From: an uncultured Alphaproteobacteria bacterium | GTDB lineage: Bacteria > Pseudomonadota > Alphaproteobacteria > JAJFIK01 | NCBI GenBank assembly: GCA_964561475.1 | Contig: CAZLPU010000019.1 | Coordinates: forward strand, 1,354-65,353 | Direction: 5' to 3' | DNA length: 64,000 nt | Shown: positions 47,209-57,105 of the stretch, one piece after another | How the letters are laid out: each line of letters opens with the position of its first letter | Numbering within the stretch: position 1 is the first letter of the stretch | Notes under the pieces: generated by a model | Database searches by the model: none | Told to the model about the DNA's origin: nothing | What the model saw: the letters and a program-made list of their open reading frames with translations, nothing else | Made by a program: the position numbers and the translations under genes

Positions 47209-48741
47209 TCAGAAATTGAAGTAGATGAACTCGGTCAGATCGCCCAGCCGATAGAGCTGGATGATCGCCACCAGCCCCATCATCCCATAGGCCGTCGCCC
47301 AACCGGCCGTAGGCCGCCAGATCAAGATGCCCATCACCCGAGACCAAAGACCCGAAACAGTGCCCCCAGCACTGCGGCGAACCTTTGCCACCTCACCGAT
47401 CACAGGGCGATACTTCGAAACAATCTCGATACTGTTGGGTGCCAGCAGACAAATCATCCCAAGACCGATCAAGTGCAACCACATTTGGTCCGTACCGGTC
47501 ATGGCGGATGCCCAGCGCGCCGGCTCAAGCACCTCGGATACACCAACCATCCCTTCAAGAACCTCAAGGGCACCGCCGACGCTCTCCGCCCGGAAGAACA
47601 CCCAGGCCACCACAACGGCAGTCAGGGTCAGAACACGGGCCACGGTCTGGCGCAACGAGGCGGGAACGGCGCCCACGATGGCTGAGCCCTTGGCCAGGTG
47701 GTTCCAGGCGTGGTTGATGATCAGATAGGTCCCGTGAAGCCCGCCCCAGATCACGAAGGTCCAGGCAGCGCCATGCCAGAGACCGCCAAGCAACATGGTG
47801 ATCAAGAGATTGGCATAGCGGCGCACCTGCCCCTTCCTGTTCCCACCCAGAGCAATGTAGAGATAATCGCGGAGAAACCGGGACAGGGTCATATGCCACC
47901 GGCGCCAGAAGTCACTGATGCTCGCCGCCTTGTATGGGGAGTTGAAATTCATCGGCAGACGGATACCAAACAGCCTGGCCAGACCCAATGCCATGTCACA
48001 ATAGCCGGAAAAGTCGAAATAGATCTGGAAAGTGTAAGCCAGAGCCCCTCCCCAGGCCGCCTCGAAGGGGACGCCCCGGCCCGCTTCCGCCATTTCAAAC
48101 ACCGTATTGGCGTATGGCGCAATTCCGTCCGCCAGAACGATCTTCTTGAACAGGCCGATCGCGAACAAGGTGAAGCCGACAGCGAGGTTCATCCCCAGTC
48201 TGGAAGAGAAGATCCCCATACGGAACTGAGGAATTGTGTCCTTCTGCAGTACGATCGGACCGGCGATCAGCTGAGGGAAGAATACGATGAAGAGCATGTA
48301 TCTCGGGAAATCGCATGGCGCTGCCTCGCCGTTCCAGGTATCGCACAGCAGGGAAATCTGCTGAAAGGTGAAAAATGAGATGGCCAGGGGCAAGATGATG
48401 GTGGGGACATCAAAACTCACACCGCTAACCGCAGAAATGTTCCCGAGAATGAACGCCCAGTACTTGAAATAGGCGAGAGCCGCAAGGTTCCCGGCAATGC
48501 CCAGGATCAACAAGGCCTTTGACCGGCGAACGATCAGGATCCGGTGCACGATATAGTTAAGGACGACGGAACCGAGTAGCAGAACCAGATAAGCAACACT
48601 CCACCAGGCATAGAAAGCCAGGGAGGCGGCGATCAGCCAAAAGATGACTCCCTGCTCCGCACGCAAATGACGCAGGATCAGAAAGCCGATCAGCACAACG
48701 GGCAGAAACAGGAACATGAACTCGATGGAACTGAAAACCAT
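47209..48741 (-). CDS. algI: MBOAT family O-acyltransferase (AlgI-like)
   Basis: 510 aa polytopic. MBOAT signature region ...WRRWHMTLSRFLRDYLYIALGGNRKG with conserved His. Confidence 0.85.
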   Translation of the reverse strand: MVFSSIEFMFLFLPVVLIGFLILRHLRAEQGVIFWLIAASLAFYAWWSVAYLVLLLGSVVLNYIVHRILIVRRSKALLILGIAGNLAALAYFKYWAFILGNISAVSGVSFDVPTIILPLAISFFTFQQISLLCDTWNGEAAPCDFPRYMLFIVFFPQLIAGPIVLQKDTIPQFRMGIFSSRLGMNLAVGFTLFAIGLFKKIVLADGIAPYANTVFEMAEAGRGVPFEAAWGGALAYTFQIYFDFSGYCDMALGLARLFGIRLPMNFNSPYKAASISDFWRRWHMTLSRFLRDYLYIALGGNRKGQVRRYANLLITMLLGGLWHGAAWTFVIWGGLHGTYLIINHAWNHLAKGSAIVGAVPASLRQTVARVLTLTAVVVAWVFFRAESVGGALEVLEGMVGVSEVLEPARWASAMTGTDQMWLHLIGLGMICLLAPNSIEIVSKYRPVIGEVAKVRRSAGGTVSGLWSRVMGILIWRPTAGWATAYGMMGLVAIIQLYRLGDLTEFIYFNF

Positions 48742-48771
48742 GACAGTGTTTCCTTTTCTCCGGCGGGAGCC

Positions 48772-49935
48772 CTAGAGTTTTGCGCTGAGATCAGCAAGAA
48801 GGGAACGGGAGCCGGCATGGCCCAGGGCGGAACCAGCCGTGGCCAACTCGATTGCTCTGCTGACGTCTTTTTCAACAAGGTCGCCCTGGGCATAAAGCCG
48901 TCCCAGCTCCTCCATGGCTCCGGCATGGCCCAGGGCCTTTCCCTGCTTCAGCAGCGCAATGGCCCCCTCGCGCTTCAAGCCCCCCTCCTCTTTCAAGTGG
49001 AGCCTCGCCAAGGTGACCATGGCACCGCTATGACCAAGATCGGCGGCATGGCGCAGCAGATTGACTGCTCCCGCCACGGTGTTTTTCTCCCGGTCCTGGA
49101 GGAGCAACTTGGCGAGTTCGTGAACCGCCCCGATGTCACCAAGCTGAGCCGAACGGCGAAACCACACTTCCGCCTCGAGACGATCCTGGGGCAGAAATTC
49201 TCCGTCTCGGCCCATACGCGCCAGTGTTTTGGCAGCGCTTGAAGAACCCTCCCTGGCTCGTGTAATGAAGGCGCCAATGGCCCGGTCGGCCCAGTACTGG
49301 GCATCCTCCGGATGACCAAATTTGTGCTGGATTCCATCCCGAAGCAGTCGCGCATACTGGATCGTCGCCGTCGGGAAGCCATGGATGGCCGCCTGCCGGT
49401 AATGATGAAGAGCTCTGGTCATGTCCGCATCGACGCCGATACCCTTGCGAAAATGAGCAGCAAGCTGAACATGGGCTTTCGGGTACCCCCATCCGAGACT
49501 CTGCTTGAACCAGGCAAGGGCAATGATCTGGCAGTCCACGCCGGTCATGCGTTGGTAGAGACGTCCCAGTTCATAGGCTGCTTCCCCCCGTGCCTCGAAG
49601 GTCTGCTCAACTGCACGTTCGAAAAGAACCCGGGCCTGGTCTAGATTCGCACCGGACCAGAGCTTCTTCCGGTGGGCGCGACCCAGATGGTACATGGCTT
49701 CCGGATGACCGGCCTCAACAAGCCTGCGCAGCACCATCACGGATTCCTCCACATCACCGGTTTTCTGCAGATCCAGAGCCACCTTAATCATTGCTGAATC
49801 CGTCCCCCTGCCTTCATTGATTTCTCCGCAGGCAGAGAGGCTCCCAAGCAGGAGAGCCGCCGCCGCGACAGCCGTGGAAAAGCGCACCGCCCGACCAACG
49901 CGAGCTCTCATGGTCTTGGCCTTACTTCTGGTCAT
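48772..49935 (-). CDS. Sel1-repeat lipoprotein (AlgK-like)
   Basis: Lipobox LLLGSLSAC. At least 6 Sel1 repeats (EAMYHLGRAH, KAHVQLAAHF, GHAGAMEELGRLY ...). Confidence 0.7.
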   Translation of the reverse strand: MTRSKAKTMRARVGRAVRFSTAVAAAALLLGSLSACGEINEGRGTDSAMIKVALDLQKTGDVEESVMVLRRLVEAGHPEAMYHLGRAHRKKLWSGANLDQARVLFERAVEQTFEARGEAAYELGRLYQRMTGVDCQIIALAWFKQSLGWGYPKAHVQLAAHFRKGIGVDADMTRALHHYRQAAIHGFPTATIQYARLLRDGIQHKFGHPEDAQYWADRAIGAFITRAREGSSSAAKTLARMGRDGEFLPQDRLEAEVWFRRSAQLGDIGAVHELAKLLLQDREKNTVAGAVNLLRHAADLGHSGAMVTLARLHLKEEGGLKREGAIALLKQGKALGHAGAMEELGRLYAQGDLVEKDVSRAIELATAGSALGHAGSRSLLADLSAKL

Positions 49936-51163
49936 GGCTCGCCCTCCACACACGGCAGTTGCGTCCCTGGTAAACGTGGACGGACTGATCGGACCAGGCG
50001 GGCTGCTGGCTCCGGATTCCAATTGGACAGCCAAGAGGTACATCCCGTCCGCGCTCCGACGGTTCATCGGCCCCATCAAGGTCAGCCACTTTGCTCAGCT
50101 CAAATACCATCTTGCGCGCGAGCCGGCTGTCGAAATGATAGGCATCCGTGAAATAGCTGAGGTCGCGGGTCAGCTCATTGTCGAAGTCCAAATCAACCAC
50201 CGGTGCCAGACGAGCGAGTTTCCGGCGAAATTCCATGCTTCGCAGGACAATGCCGTAATCCACCGCACGCCATTGCATGTCTGCGATCGTCGGTGGAATG
50301 ACAAAGACCAGTTTCACACCGCTTTGGTGACACCACCGGGCTATCTCCTCGACGAGCCCGAAAAGGCTGTCGGAGAAGGTGAAGGAACCCCAATCATTCC
50401 GTGCACTTTTGCGCACCTGCCGCTCAAATTTTCCCGTAAGGTCACGGTCGGGACGTTCCGTATGCCAGAAACCTCTCCAAGGACCGAAGGTGATAAGATC
50501 CGATGCGGAGTGTTTGGTGCGCGGCCTTCTTTCAGGCGGGAGGATACAACCGGCACACAAGTCAGGATCAAGCAGATTCTCAAGACTTGGGTCATTAAAG
50601 AGCGTCTGTGCTTTCGCACCAGCCACAGACCAAGGTAAAAGACCTCTGAGGCTGTCCAGGGTCTCTCCGTGCTGCTCCTCAATGAGCCGCCATCCCACAC
50701 CAGCAACAAACCAGCTTGTGTAATAGGAAAGCGGATTGCGGGCCATGTGAACGGCTTCCGGAACACGGTTCAGACCACCCCTGTGCCCATCGTAAAAGCT
50801 GCGCAGGGGCAGGCTGACGATCAGGGTTTTGATGGGGACGTTTCTTTGTAAGTGTACAAATGTATCGTAAATCTCCGGGATCGTTGCACCGCCATAGGCG
50901 AAATTGTAAACGCCGTCGACGCTCAGTTCTTTCCAATACCGGTCCTGGAGAGCTCGCGCCCGGCTGTCTCCCAAAACAAAGTGCTCCGCCGTCTGCCGGG
51001 GAAACTCTATCATCTTCCACAAGGCGTAATGGGCCTTTTCGCTTACCGTTTTGCGGTCCAGACCGAGGCCGAACCGCTGGTTCATGGCGAATGGATCCAC
51101 AAAGAAGTTGAAGGCTGCGGGTGCCGAACCCGCAACCATCAGAAGTATGATGATCACCATATA
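49922..51163 (-). CDS. SGNH/GDS-type hydrolase-like membrane-anchored protein (AlgX/AlgJ-like polysaccharide O-acetylation partner)
   Basis: N-terminal TM anchor. HFVLGDSRA block (GDS motif). Sits between an MBOAT and a GT2 in one operon. Overlaps the Sel1 gene by 14 bp. Confidence 0.5.
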   Translation of the reverse strand, partial: YMVIIILLMVAGSAPAAFNFFVDPFAMNQRFGLGLDRKTVSEKAHYALWKMIEFPRQTAEHFVLGDSRARALQDRYWKELSVDGVYNFAYGGATIPEIYDTFVHLQRNVPIKTLIVSLPLRSFYDGHRGGLNRVPEAVHMARNPLSYYTSWFVAGVGWRLIEEQHGETLDSLRGLLPWSVAGAKAQTLFNDPSLENLLDPDLCAGCILPPERRPRTKHSASDLITFGPWRGFWHTERPDRDLTGKFERQVRKSARNDWGSFTFSDSLFGLVEEIARWCHQSGVKLVFVIPPTIADMQWRAVDYGIVLRSMEFRRKLARLAPVVDLDFDNELTRDLSYFTDAYHFDSRLARKMVFELSKVADLDGADEPSERGRDVPLGCPIGIRSQQPAWSDQSVHVYQGRNCRVWRASHDQK

Positions 51164-51358
51164 CGGTGTGACGTTGGGTCTTCTCGGTTTCACAGGCCAC
51201 TCCCTGATCAGTAAGATTGGATCCAAAGGGAGCAATGCCTGCGCCACGGTCGACAGCGCAAAGGACAAGGATCTCCGCCCCTTTTCCGCTACCGGAGGGG
51301 TTTTCCGGAGGAGGGTGACGCAAAGTGCAATGGCAGGTGTCGCAGATGGCTCGACAGG

Positions 51359-52972
51359 TCAGAAGAACAGAGAGCGGATCAGTGGCAGACCCGGTGCCGG
51401 CATCAGGCCGGTCAGGAGAATGACCAACGCGAACAGGGCGGTGACATAGAGGGTGGTCAGATAGACCGCCATGGAGTCCCGGAACAGTTTGAGCAGCCTG
51501 CCCCCATCCACATCGGATTTCTGGTTCCCCCGGTTGGACCACCGCTGGGTTGCCAGCCGGAAAAAGCAATAGACCTTGACCGACGCATTGATAAGTTGAT
51601 TGAGATACAGAATAATTGGATAGGCAAGGTGTATCTTGCGGGAGTAGGAAAACAGAAACAGTGACAGGAGCATCCGCGTGATGGCAATAAAGACCGTATA
51701 CCCCAGAAGATAGCGCCAATCGATCAGAACGGCAGTCGAGACAGCCAGAACGGGGCTCACTAGCATTGTCCACATGGAGATGCGCTGATCCACCAGGCAC
51801 CACCAGATGAAAAAGGGCATTCGACCCGGCCCCAGAGCGATCGCCCGAGAACCGTTACGAAGCATGTTGCCCGACCATCGCCGGAAGTTCTGAACCATGC
51901 GATCCAGACCGGAACCCTCAATGATTTCCACCGTGTAGCCAAGGGCATCCGGCACATAGAGCATCTTGTGACCGCCTTTGAGCAGGTAATACCAAGTGCT
52001 CTTATCGTCGCCCGAGAGAAAGCGGAAGGTGCCCCATAACCAGTGCTCCAGATGATCCGCTTCCAGAAGGCGGATAAACTCCAACTGGAGTAAATGACGG
52101 GCACGGAATACGGACATACGCCCTGTCAATGTGAGAACACGGCCCGAGAGCGCGTGGGATTGCATGGCAATCCGCCGCTGGGCAAATCGCATGGTCAGCC
52201 ACACCGCAATCCAACGGGGACCAATGCAGAGGACCTCTTCATCCGTGGTCACGGCCTGAAGCTTGGGATAGAGGGCAAAGAGCGGGAGACAGCGGCCGAC
52301 ACACCCCACATCCAGTATGAAGTCACCATCCATGAAGATGATCAAATCATCAGGCTGAACACCGCCACGGTTCATTGCCCGCAGCACCAAACCGATCGCC
52401 AGACGCTTCCCTGGCTGGTTCTGGCGAATGATCCTGAGGGTGATATCCAGTTCGGACATTTCCCTGCGGAGTAGTCCCTCGATCAGGTCCTCATCATACC
52501 GGTCGCCGGAGCCGAGCCAGATTGTTCCGGGAACACCTGCTTCCCTCACCTCCCGGCAAATGGACCGGATCACCCGCTCCGTGATGGTGCGCTCCTCCTT
52601 ATAAGTGGTCATCATGAAATGGAGATGGCGCGGGCGCCAACCCTGCTGCCATAGGGCCGCACCATCCTTGCGCATTTTCGGATAGACGAAAGTCCCGTAA
52701 ATTGCTGCACGGATTGTATGGGTGAACCACCAACCGTAGCGCCAGATCCCAAGAAACCCAATCACCAGGGTAATTGTCTGGGTCCGGTTATCCCAGAAAA
52801 CAGTCTCTACATACTGGGTGGCGACAAAGCAAAGGCCAAAATAGACGAACAGGCTGAACAACACCGTAGGCGTCCATTTGGCAAATCCCTGCGGCCTGAA
52901 CGTGATCTCGTCGACCGGGTAGTTCTGCAGAGTTGCCCGCGCGACCTGATCCTTCGACATCAGTTCAACCAA
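51359..52972 (-). CDS. family-2 glycosyltransferase, processive membrane synthase (Alg8-like)
   Basis: DGD (IFMDGDFILD), QNFRRWSGNMLRNG (Q-x-x-R-R-W catalytic motif of chitin/HA/Alg8-type synthases). Multiple TM at both ends. Confidence 0.8.
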   Translation of the reverse strand: MVELMSKDQVARATLQNYPVDEITFRPQGFAKWTPTVLFSLFVYFGLCFVATQYVETVFWDNRTQTITLVIGFLGIWRYGWWFTHTIRAAIYGTFVYPKMRKDGAALWQQGWRPRHLHFMMTTYKEERTITERVIRSICREVREAGVPGTIWLGSGDRYDEDLIEGLLRREMSELDITLRIIRQNQPGKRLAIGLVLRAMNRGGVQPDDLIIFMDGDFILDVGCVGRCLPLFALYPKLQAVTTDEEVLCIGPRWIAVWLTMRFAQRRIAMQSHALSGRVLTLTGRMSVFRARHLLQLEFIRLLEADHLEHWLWGTFRFLSGDDKSTWYYLLKGGHKMLYVPDALGYTVEIIEGSGLDRMVQNFRRWSGNMLRNGSRAIALGPGRMPFFIWWCLVDQRISMWTMLVSPVLAVSTAVLIDWRYLLGYTVFIAITRMLLSLFLFSYSRKIHLAYPIILYLNQLINASVKVYCFFRLATQRWSNRGNQKSDVDGGRLLKLFRDSMAVYLTTLYVTALFALVILLTGLMPAPGLPLIRSLFF

Positions 52973-54528
52973 CTCTGGAGCAGGCGGATCGGACCCAGAC
53001 TGGTTGATTTCTCGAAGATGACCAGTGCCGGTTCACCGGTCTGCAATACACCCACTTCCGTAATCCCGATCTCGACGATTGCCGTCGGCGTTTCCTTATC
53101 CCGCCACTGATAATCACCCGAGACCTCATCGAAGAATGCTTCCGTGCGATTGATCTCTCGAATAACGCCGTCCACCCAGGTGTTCTTGGCACGCAGGAAA
53201 ACCCTTGTGCTGTCACCAATCCTCAAATCGCCAACAACGGTTTGCGCCACGAATGCCCGCACATGCTCCGTACCGACCTGTTCCAGGGTCAGGATCGCGT
53301 CTCCCTGCCTCGTGAAATTGCCTTCCGCTGCCGTGACGGCGACAACCCGTGCAGGCCAACTCGCGCGAACAATCAATCGGGCCTGACTTTCCTTGAGGAG
53401 AGCAAGGGTCTGTCTCGCCGCTGCCACTTCCCCCCGCGCTCTGACCACGGCAGCGGTGGTATCGATCTTTTCACCAACGAACCGCCCGCCGGTGAAGAGG
53501 TCGTCCCCCTGAGTTTCCTGGTACAGTGTCTCCAGCTCATTCAGATGAATGTCCTTGCGTTCCAGTTCAGACTCCAGGGCAGTGATCTTACTGCGGATGA
53601 TATCCACCTGCGACTGGGTGGTCCAACCCTTGCGCCGAAGCTCCATCTGTGCGGCAAGCTGGCGTCTCGAACCGCCGATCTCGCTTCGCAGGGCCCGGAT
53701 CTGTGACTTCATCTGGGCAATATTGTTCCGGGCAATCAGGTTGTAGCCCTTGGCCCTGGCGGCGGCCTGGCGGGCCAGGATCTCCTGCTCCTCCAACTCC
53801 GCTTCTGCCAGGGCAAGAGCCCGCATGGCATCACGAACGTCCTCGTCCAGATCCTGATCCTGCATGCGCATGAGGATCTCACCACGCTTGACAACCTGTT
53901 GGGGCACAACCCGAATATCCAGAATCCTGCCCCTCGACGGCGAGGTCAGGTCAACAGTCTCCGCACTGATGACTGCAGTATCCACCTGCATGTGAAACAG
54001 GGCTGAGTAGATTGCAAGCCCGACATAGCTGAAGACGAAAGCCCCGAGAAAGAGGTAGAAGACCGACATTCCAATCGTCTTCAAGGGCCACCGGCGTACT
54101 GGAATTTCATTCTTTGGATTGGTGTCGGGCTTGGTTGATACCGGCGTGACTGGAACATCAATACGCTGAATGGTGTCTTCCACCGGAACCATGGAGCCAC
54201 GGACCAGTTCTTCAATAAAGTGGCTCATCAGGGCTTTCTGCCGGTCGTCCAGATCCAGAAATTCAACCGCAAACGTCCCTTCCGGTACATCAACGCGAAC
54301 CGTCCGGGCAATCACCCGGTATGAAACAAAAAAGCCTTGGAATGGAATGGACAGATGATATGCCGCCTCCTGACCCAATTCGATTTCCGGACCGGCAGGG
54401 GTATCGGCGAGGAATCCACCAAGGGACCAGTTGCGAATCCGAATCCGGCATCCCTCGCGCGTTGCTCCGATCGGGGCCGTGACCCGATGAAAACGACGCT
54501 GACATGGACGTTCACGGACTACCTTCAT
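52960..54528 (-). CDS. PilZ domain + HlyD-like membrane-fusion protein (Alg44-like c-di-GMP receptor/copolymerase)
   Basis: N-terminal PilZ motifs (RERPCQRRFHR ... NWSLGG = RxxxR ... D/NxSxxG). One TM. Long coiled-coil plus beta-barrel HlyD-type periplasmic domain. Confidence 0.8.
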   Translation of the reverse strand: MKVVRERPCQRRFHRVTAPIGATREGCRIRIRNWSLGGFLADTPAGPEIELGQEAAYHLSIPFQGFFVSYRVIARTVRVDVPEGTFAVEFLDLDDRQKALMSHFIEELVRGSMVPVEDTIQRIDVPVTPVSTKPDTNPKNEIPVRRWPLKTIGMSVFYLFLGAFVFSYVGLAIYSALFHMQVDTAVISAETVDLTSPSRGRILDIRVVPQQVVKRGEILMRMQDQDLDEDVRDAMRALALAEAELEEQEILARQAAARAKGYNLIARNNIAQMKSQIRALRSEIGGSRRQLAAQMELRRKGWTTQSQVDIIRSKITALESELERKDIHLNELETLYQETQGDDLFTGGRFVGEKIDTTAAVVRARGEVAAARQTLALLKESQARLIVRASWPARVVAVTAAEGNFTRQGDAILTLEQVGTEHVRAFVAQTVVGDLRIGDSTRVFLRAKNTWVDGVIREINRTEAFFDEVSGDYQWRDKETPTAIVEIGITEVGVLQTGEPALVIFEKSTSLGPIRLLQSWLN

Positions 54529-54678
54529 GGACTCATTCCGCAGCAGAGGTATCCGTGCCCCGCAGGGATTATACCGTTGAGTGCCAGGTCAAAATCGAAG
54601 GGAACGCTTCCCTTCCGGCCTGGCGTGAACACCGCCTGGCTCCCATTCTGCGGCACTTGCTCGTGCATTTCGGGAGGC

Positions 54679-55239
54679 TCACAGGAGGCCGTGGATCTTT
54701 CCAAGACCGACAGCCGCCACATGATTGTTGAGGCAAATGGCACCGGACCGGACAAAACCGCAAATCTCCTCCCCTGTCCGCCGCAACACCGCAATCTCTT
54801 CCAATTCATCCGGCTCCACTCTCTCGACCGGTGTCAGGTTCTTCGCATGAAAGTAGTGTCCCGTGCCCGCACCAAGATTGCCATGCACACCCGCACTGCC
54901 CAGCGATGTCCAATCGGCGGCATGGAACCCGGTTTCTTCTGCCAGTTCACGCCTCGCCGCGGCCAATGGCGTCTCGCCTGGCTCCACAAGGCCGCCCTGA
55001 AGCGTGTAAGTATACCGCCCGATACCATGCTTATACTGACGGTTAAGGAGAAATCTCCCACCCTCGCATTCTGCCAGGATCGCAACAAAGTCCGGAAGAA
55101 TAAGACGGTGAAAGTCTTCAATCTCCTTGCCAGAAGGTAAAGACACCTTCTGAACCCTAAGCTCCATCCACGGGCGGGAGACATAGACGGTGCGTTCGTC
55201 CAGCACCCGCCACGGCACTTCCCGGTCCCTCTCCGTCAT
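54679..55239 (-). CDS. NUDIX hydrolase
   Basis: Nudix box GGLVEPGETPLAAARRELAEETG. Confidence 0.8.
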   Translation of the reverse strand: MTERDREVPWRVLDERTVYVSRPWMELRVQKVSLPSGKEIEDFHRLILPDFVAILAECEGGRFLLNRQYKHGIGRYTYTLQGGLVEPGETPLAAARRELAEETGFHAADWTSLGSAGVHGNLGAGTGHYFHAKNLTPVERVEPDELEEIAVLRRTGEEICGFVRSGAICLNNHVAAVGLGKIHGLL

Positions 55240-55322
55240 GGCCCATATCCCCCATCCTGCGCGTTCACGGACGTTACCCCTATCAGGTTAGGCTTAGCTG
55301 AAGGTAAGCTTGGTCATCACCA

Positions 55323-55339
55323 TTGCCTCATCCGCACCA
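55323..55339 (-). promoter_or_regulatory. weak candidate sigma-54 (-24/-12) promoter upstream of nudix-alg44-alg8 operon
   Basis: Minus strand reads TGGTGCGGATGAGGCAA (GG and GC spaced as in TGGCAC-N5-TTGCA), 85-100 nt upstream of the NUDIX start. Confidence 0.25.
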
Positions 55340-55550
55340 CTCCATGGCCGATCCGTTCTTGGTCAGGATACCCATCAGTCCCTTTCACACTCCGTAACAG
55401 GACGGTAACAGGTCCGGGATCGGCTGGGGATGTCTGCCATTTCGGAAGGGTCTCCCAAAGTGCAAAAGCGGAATGGGCGGATCGACAGACAGCAACCCCA
55501 TAAAACCCTATAATATACTGTTTTTATTGAGTTATTTTCTTGAGATAGTT

Positions 55551-55567
55551 TGGCTGCAGCCCTGCAT
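55551..55567 (+). promoter_or_regulatory. candidate sigma-54 (-24/-12) promoter upstream of algD
   Basis: TGGCTGCAGCCCTGCAT matches the conserved positions of TGGCACG-N4-TTGCA (TGGC...TGCA, correct spacing). An AT-rich block (possible IHF site) lies immediately upstream. The algD ATG lies 47 nt downstream, with SD GAGGGAT. Confidence 0.45.
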
Positions 55568-55613
55568 CCCTCTCTGCCCAGTACGGCGAGACGTCAAATG
55601 AGGGATACGGACG

Positions 55614-57032
55614 ATGGACAATGTCATCACACTGCAAGCTGCTGCCCTGACTTCTTCTGTTGCAAATCGGTCGGCGGCAGCCCCGTCACCCCACCGCCAG
55701 CCGCTCAGCATCTTTGGTCTGGGTTATGTCGGCTCCGTTTCCATGGCCTGCTTCGCGGATCGCGGTCATGGGGTGATCGGGGTTGATCCGGACCACCGGA
55801 AAACCGCACGGATTGCCCAAGGTGAGTCTCCGATTGTGGAAAAGGACCTGAACGAACTGCTCCACGACGGTGTCCAGGAAGGCCGCATCTCGGTTTCCGC
55901 AAGTGCCGCCTATGCGGTCCTCAACTCCAACATCAGCTTTGTCTGTGTGGGAACACCAAGCACGCCTGACGGACGGTGTGACCTCAGCTATCTGAAGGCT
56001 GTCTGTAATGACATCGGTACAACCCTCGCCGATAAGGATGGCTTCCACGTGATTGCGTTCCGGAGCACTGTATCCCCTGGCGCGTGCCGAAAAACCCTGA
56101 TCCCGATCCTGGAAGAGGCGTCCGGCAAAACTGTCGGCGTTGACTTCGGCGTTGCATTCCACCCTGAATTTCTGCGGGAGGCCACCGCCGTCGATGACTT
56201 CCGCAACCCGCCGAAAACGGTGGTAGGTGCAACGGACCTGCGCACCGCACGGATGATCGGTGATCTCTATGCCGGCATTGATGATGAGCCGATCTTCACC
56301 AGTGTTGAAGCAGCGGAAATGGTCAAGTATGTGGACAATTGCTGGCACGCAACCAAAGTGGCCTTTGCGAATGAAGTCGGGCGTCTGTGCAAGGCCCTCA
56401 ACGTGGACAGTCACGATGTGATGGACGTATTCGTTCAGGATACCAAGCTCAACTTGTCCGCGTACTACATGAAGCCGGGTTTTGCCTTTGGTGGTTCCTG
56501 TCTGCCGAAAGATGTGCGCGGCCTCGCCCGGGTCAGCAGCGATATGGGCGTTGAGGTGCCATTACTCGACAGCCTGATTCCCAGCAACAAGGCACACATT
56601 GACCACGCCATGGGCCTCGTCAAGAAAGCCGGAGCCAAGAAGGTCGCCATGCTGGGTATTACATTCAAACCGGGAACGGACGACCTGCGGGAGAGTCCCA
56701 TGCTGACCCTCCTCGATCAGCTTCTCGCCAGCGGCATCGATGTTCAGGTCTATGATGCCAATGTACAGTGTACGGGCAAACTCGGCCACTACCTTCAGCA
56801 CGCCAAAGCCGATGACGGCCAGGGCGCACGGATTGAAGCTGTCATGGAGGACCTTCTCCACGAATCGGCATCAGACGCATTACGCGGTTGCGACACAGTC
56901 ATCATGGCCCATGGGACACCGGATATGAAGAAGGCCATCGCCCGCCTGCCCGACCGGGTCACGGTTATCGATCTTGCACGGGTGGACCGGCAAAAGGAAG
57001 CTCGCGGCAGCTATAAGGGGCTCTGCTGGTAA
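55614..57032 (+). CDS. algD: GDP-mannose 6-dehydrogenase
   Basis: Strongly AlgD-like over the whole length (FGLGYVGSV NAD fold; NLSAYYMKPGFAFGGSCLPKDVRGL catalytic Cys; GITFKPGTDDLRESP; C-terminal GLCW versus GICW in Pseudomonas AlgD). Confidence 0.9.
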   Translation: MDNVITLQAAALTSSVANRSAAAPSPHRQPLSIFGLGYVGSVSMACFADRGHGVIGVDPDHRKTARIAQGESPIVEKDLNELLHDGVQEGRISVSASAAYAVLNSNISFVCVGTPSTPDGRCDLSYLKAVCNDIGTTLADKDGFHVIAFRSTVSPGACRKTLIPILEEASGKTVGVDFGVAFHPEFLREATAVDDFRNPPKTVVGATDLRTARMIGDLYAGIDDEPIFTSVEAAEMVKYVDNCWHATKVAFANEVGRLCKALNVDSHDVMDVFVQDTKLNLSAYYMKPGFAFGGSCLPKDVRGLARVSSDMGVEVPLLDSLIPSNKAHIDHAMGLVKKAGAKKVAMLGITFKPGTDDLRESPMLTLLDQLLASGIDVQVYDANVQCTGKLGHYLQHAKADDGQGARIEAVMEDLLHESASDALRGCDTVIMAHGTPDMKKAIARLPDRVTVIDLARVDRQKEARGSYKGLCW

Positions 57033-57060
57033 CCGGTTCATCTTTGGAATGAGTACCTGA

Positions 57061-57103
57061 AGCAAGACCGCCGCCGGCAAGGGCAGGTCTTGCTTTACTT
57101 TTC
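57061..57103 (+). terminator. rho-independent terminator after algD
   Basis: Hairpin agcaagacc-N16-ggtcttgct followed by TTTACTTTT. Confidence 0.5.
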
Positions 57104-57105
57104 CA

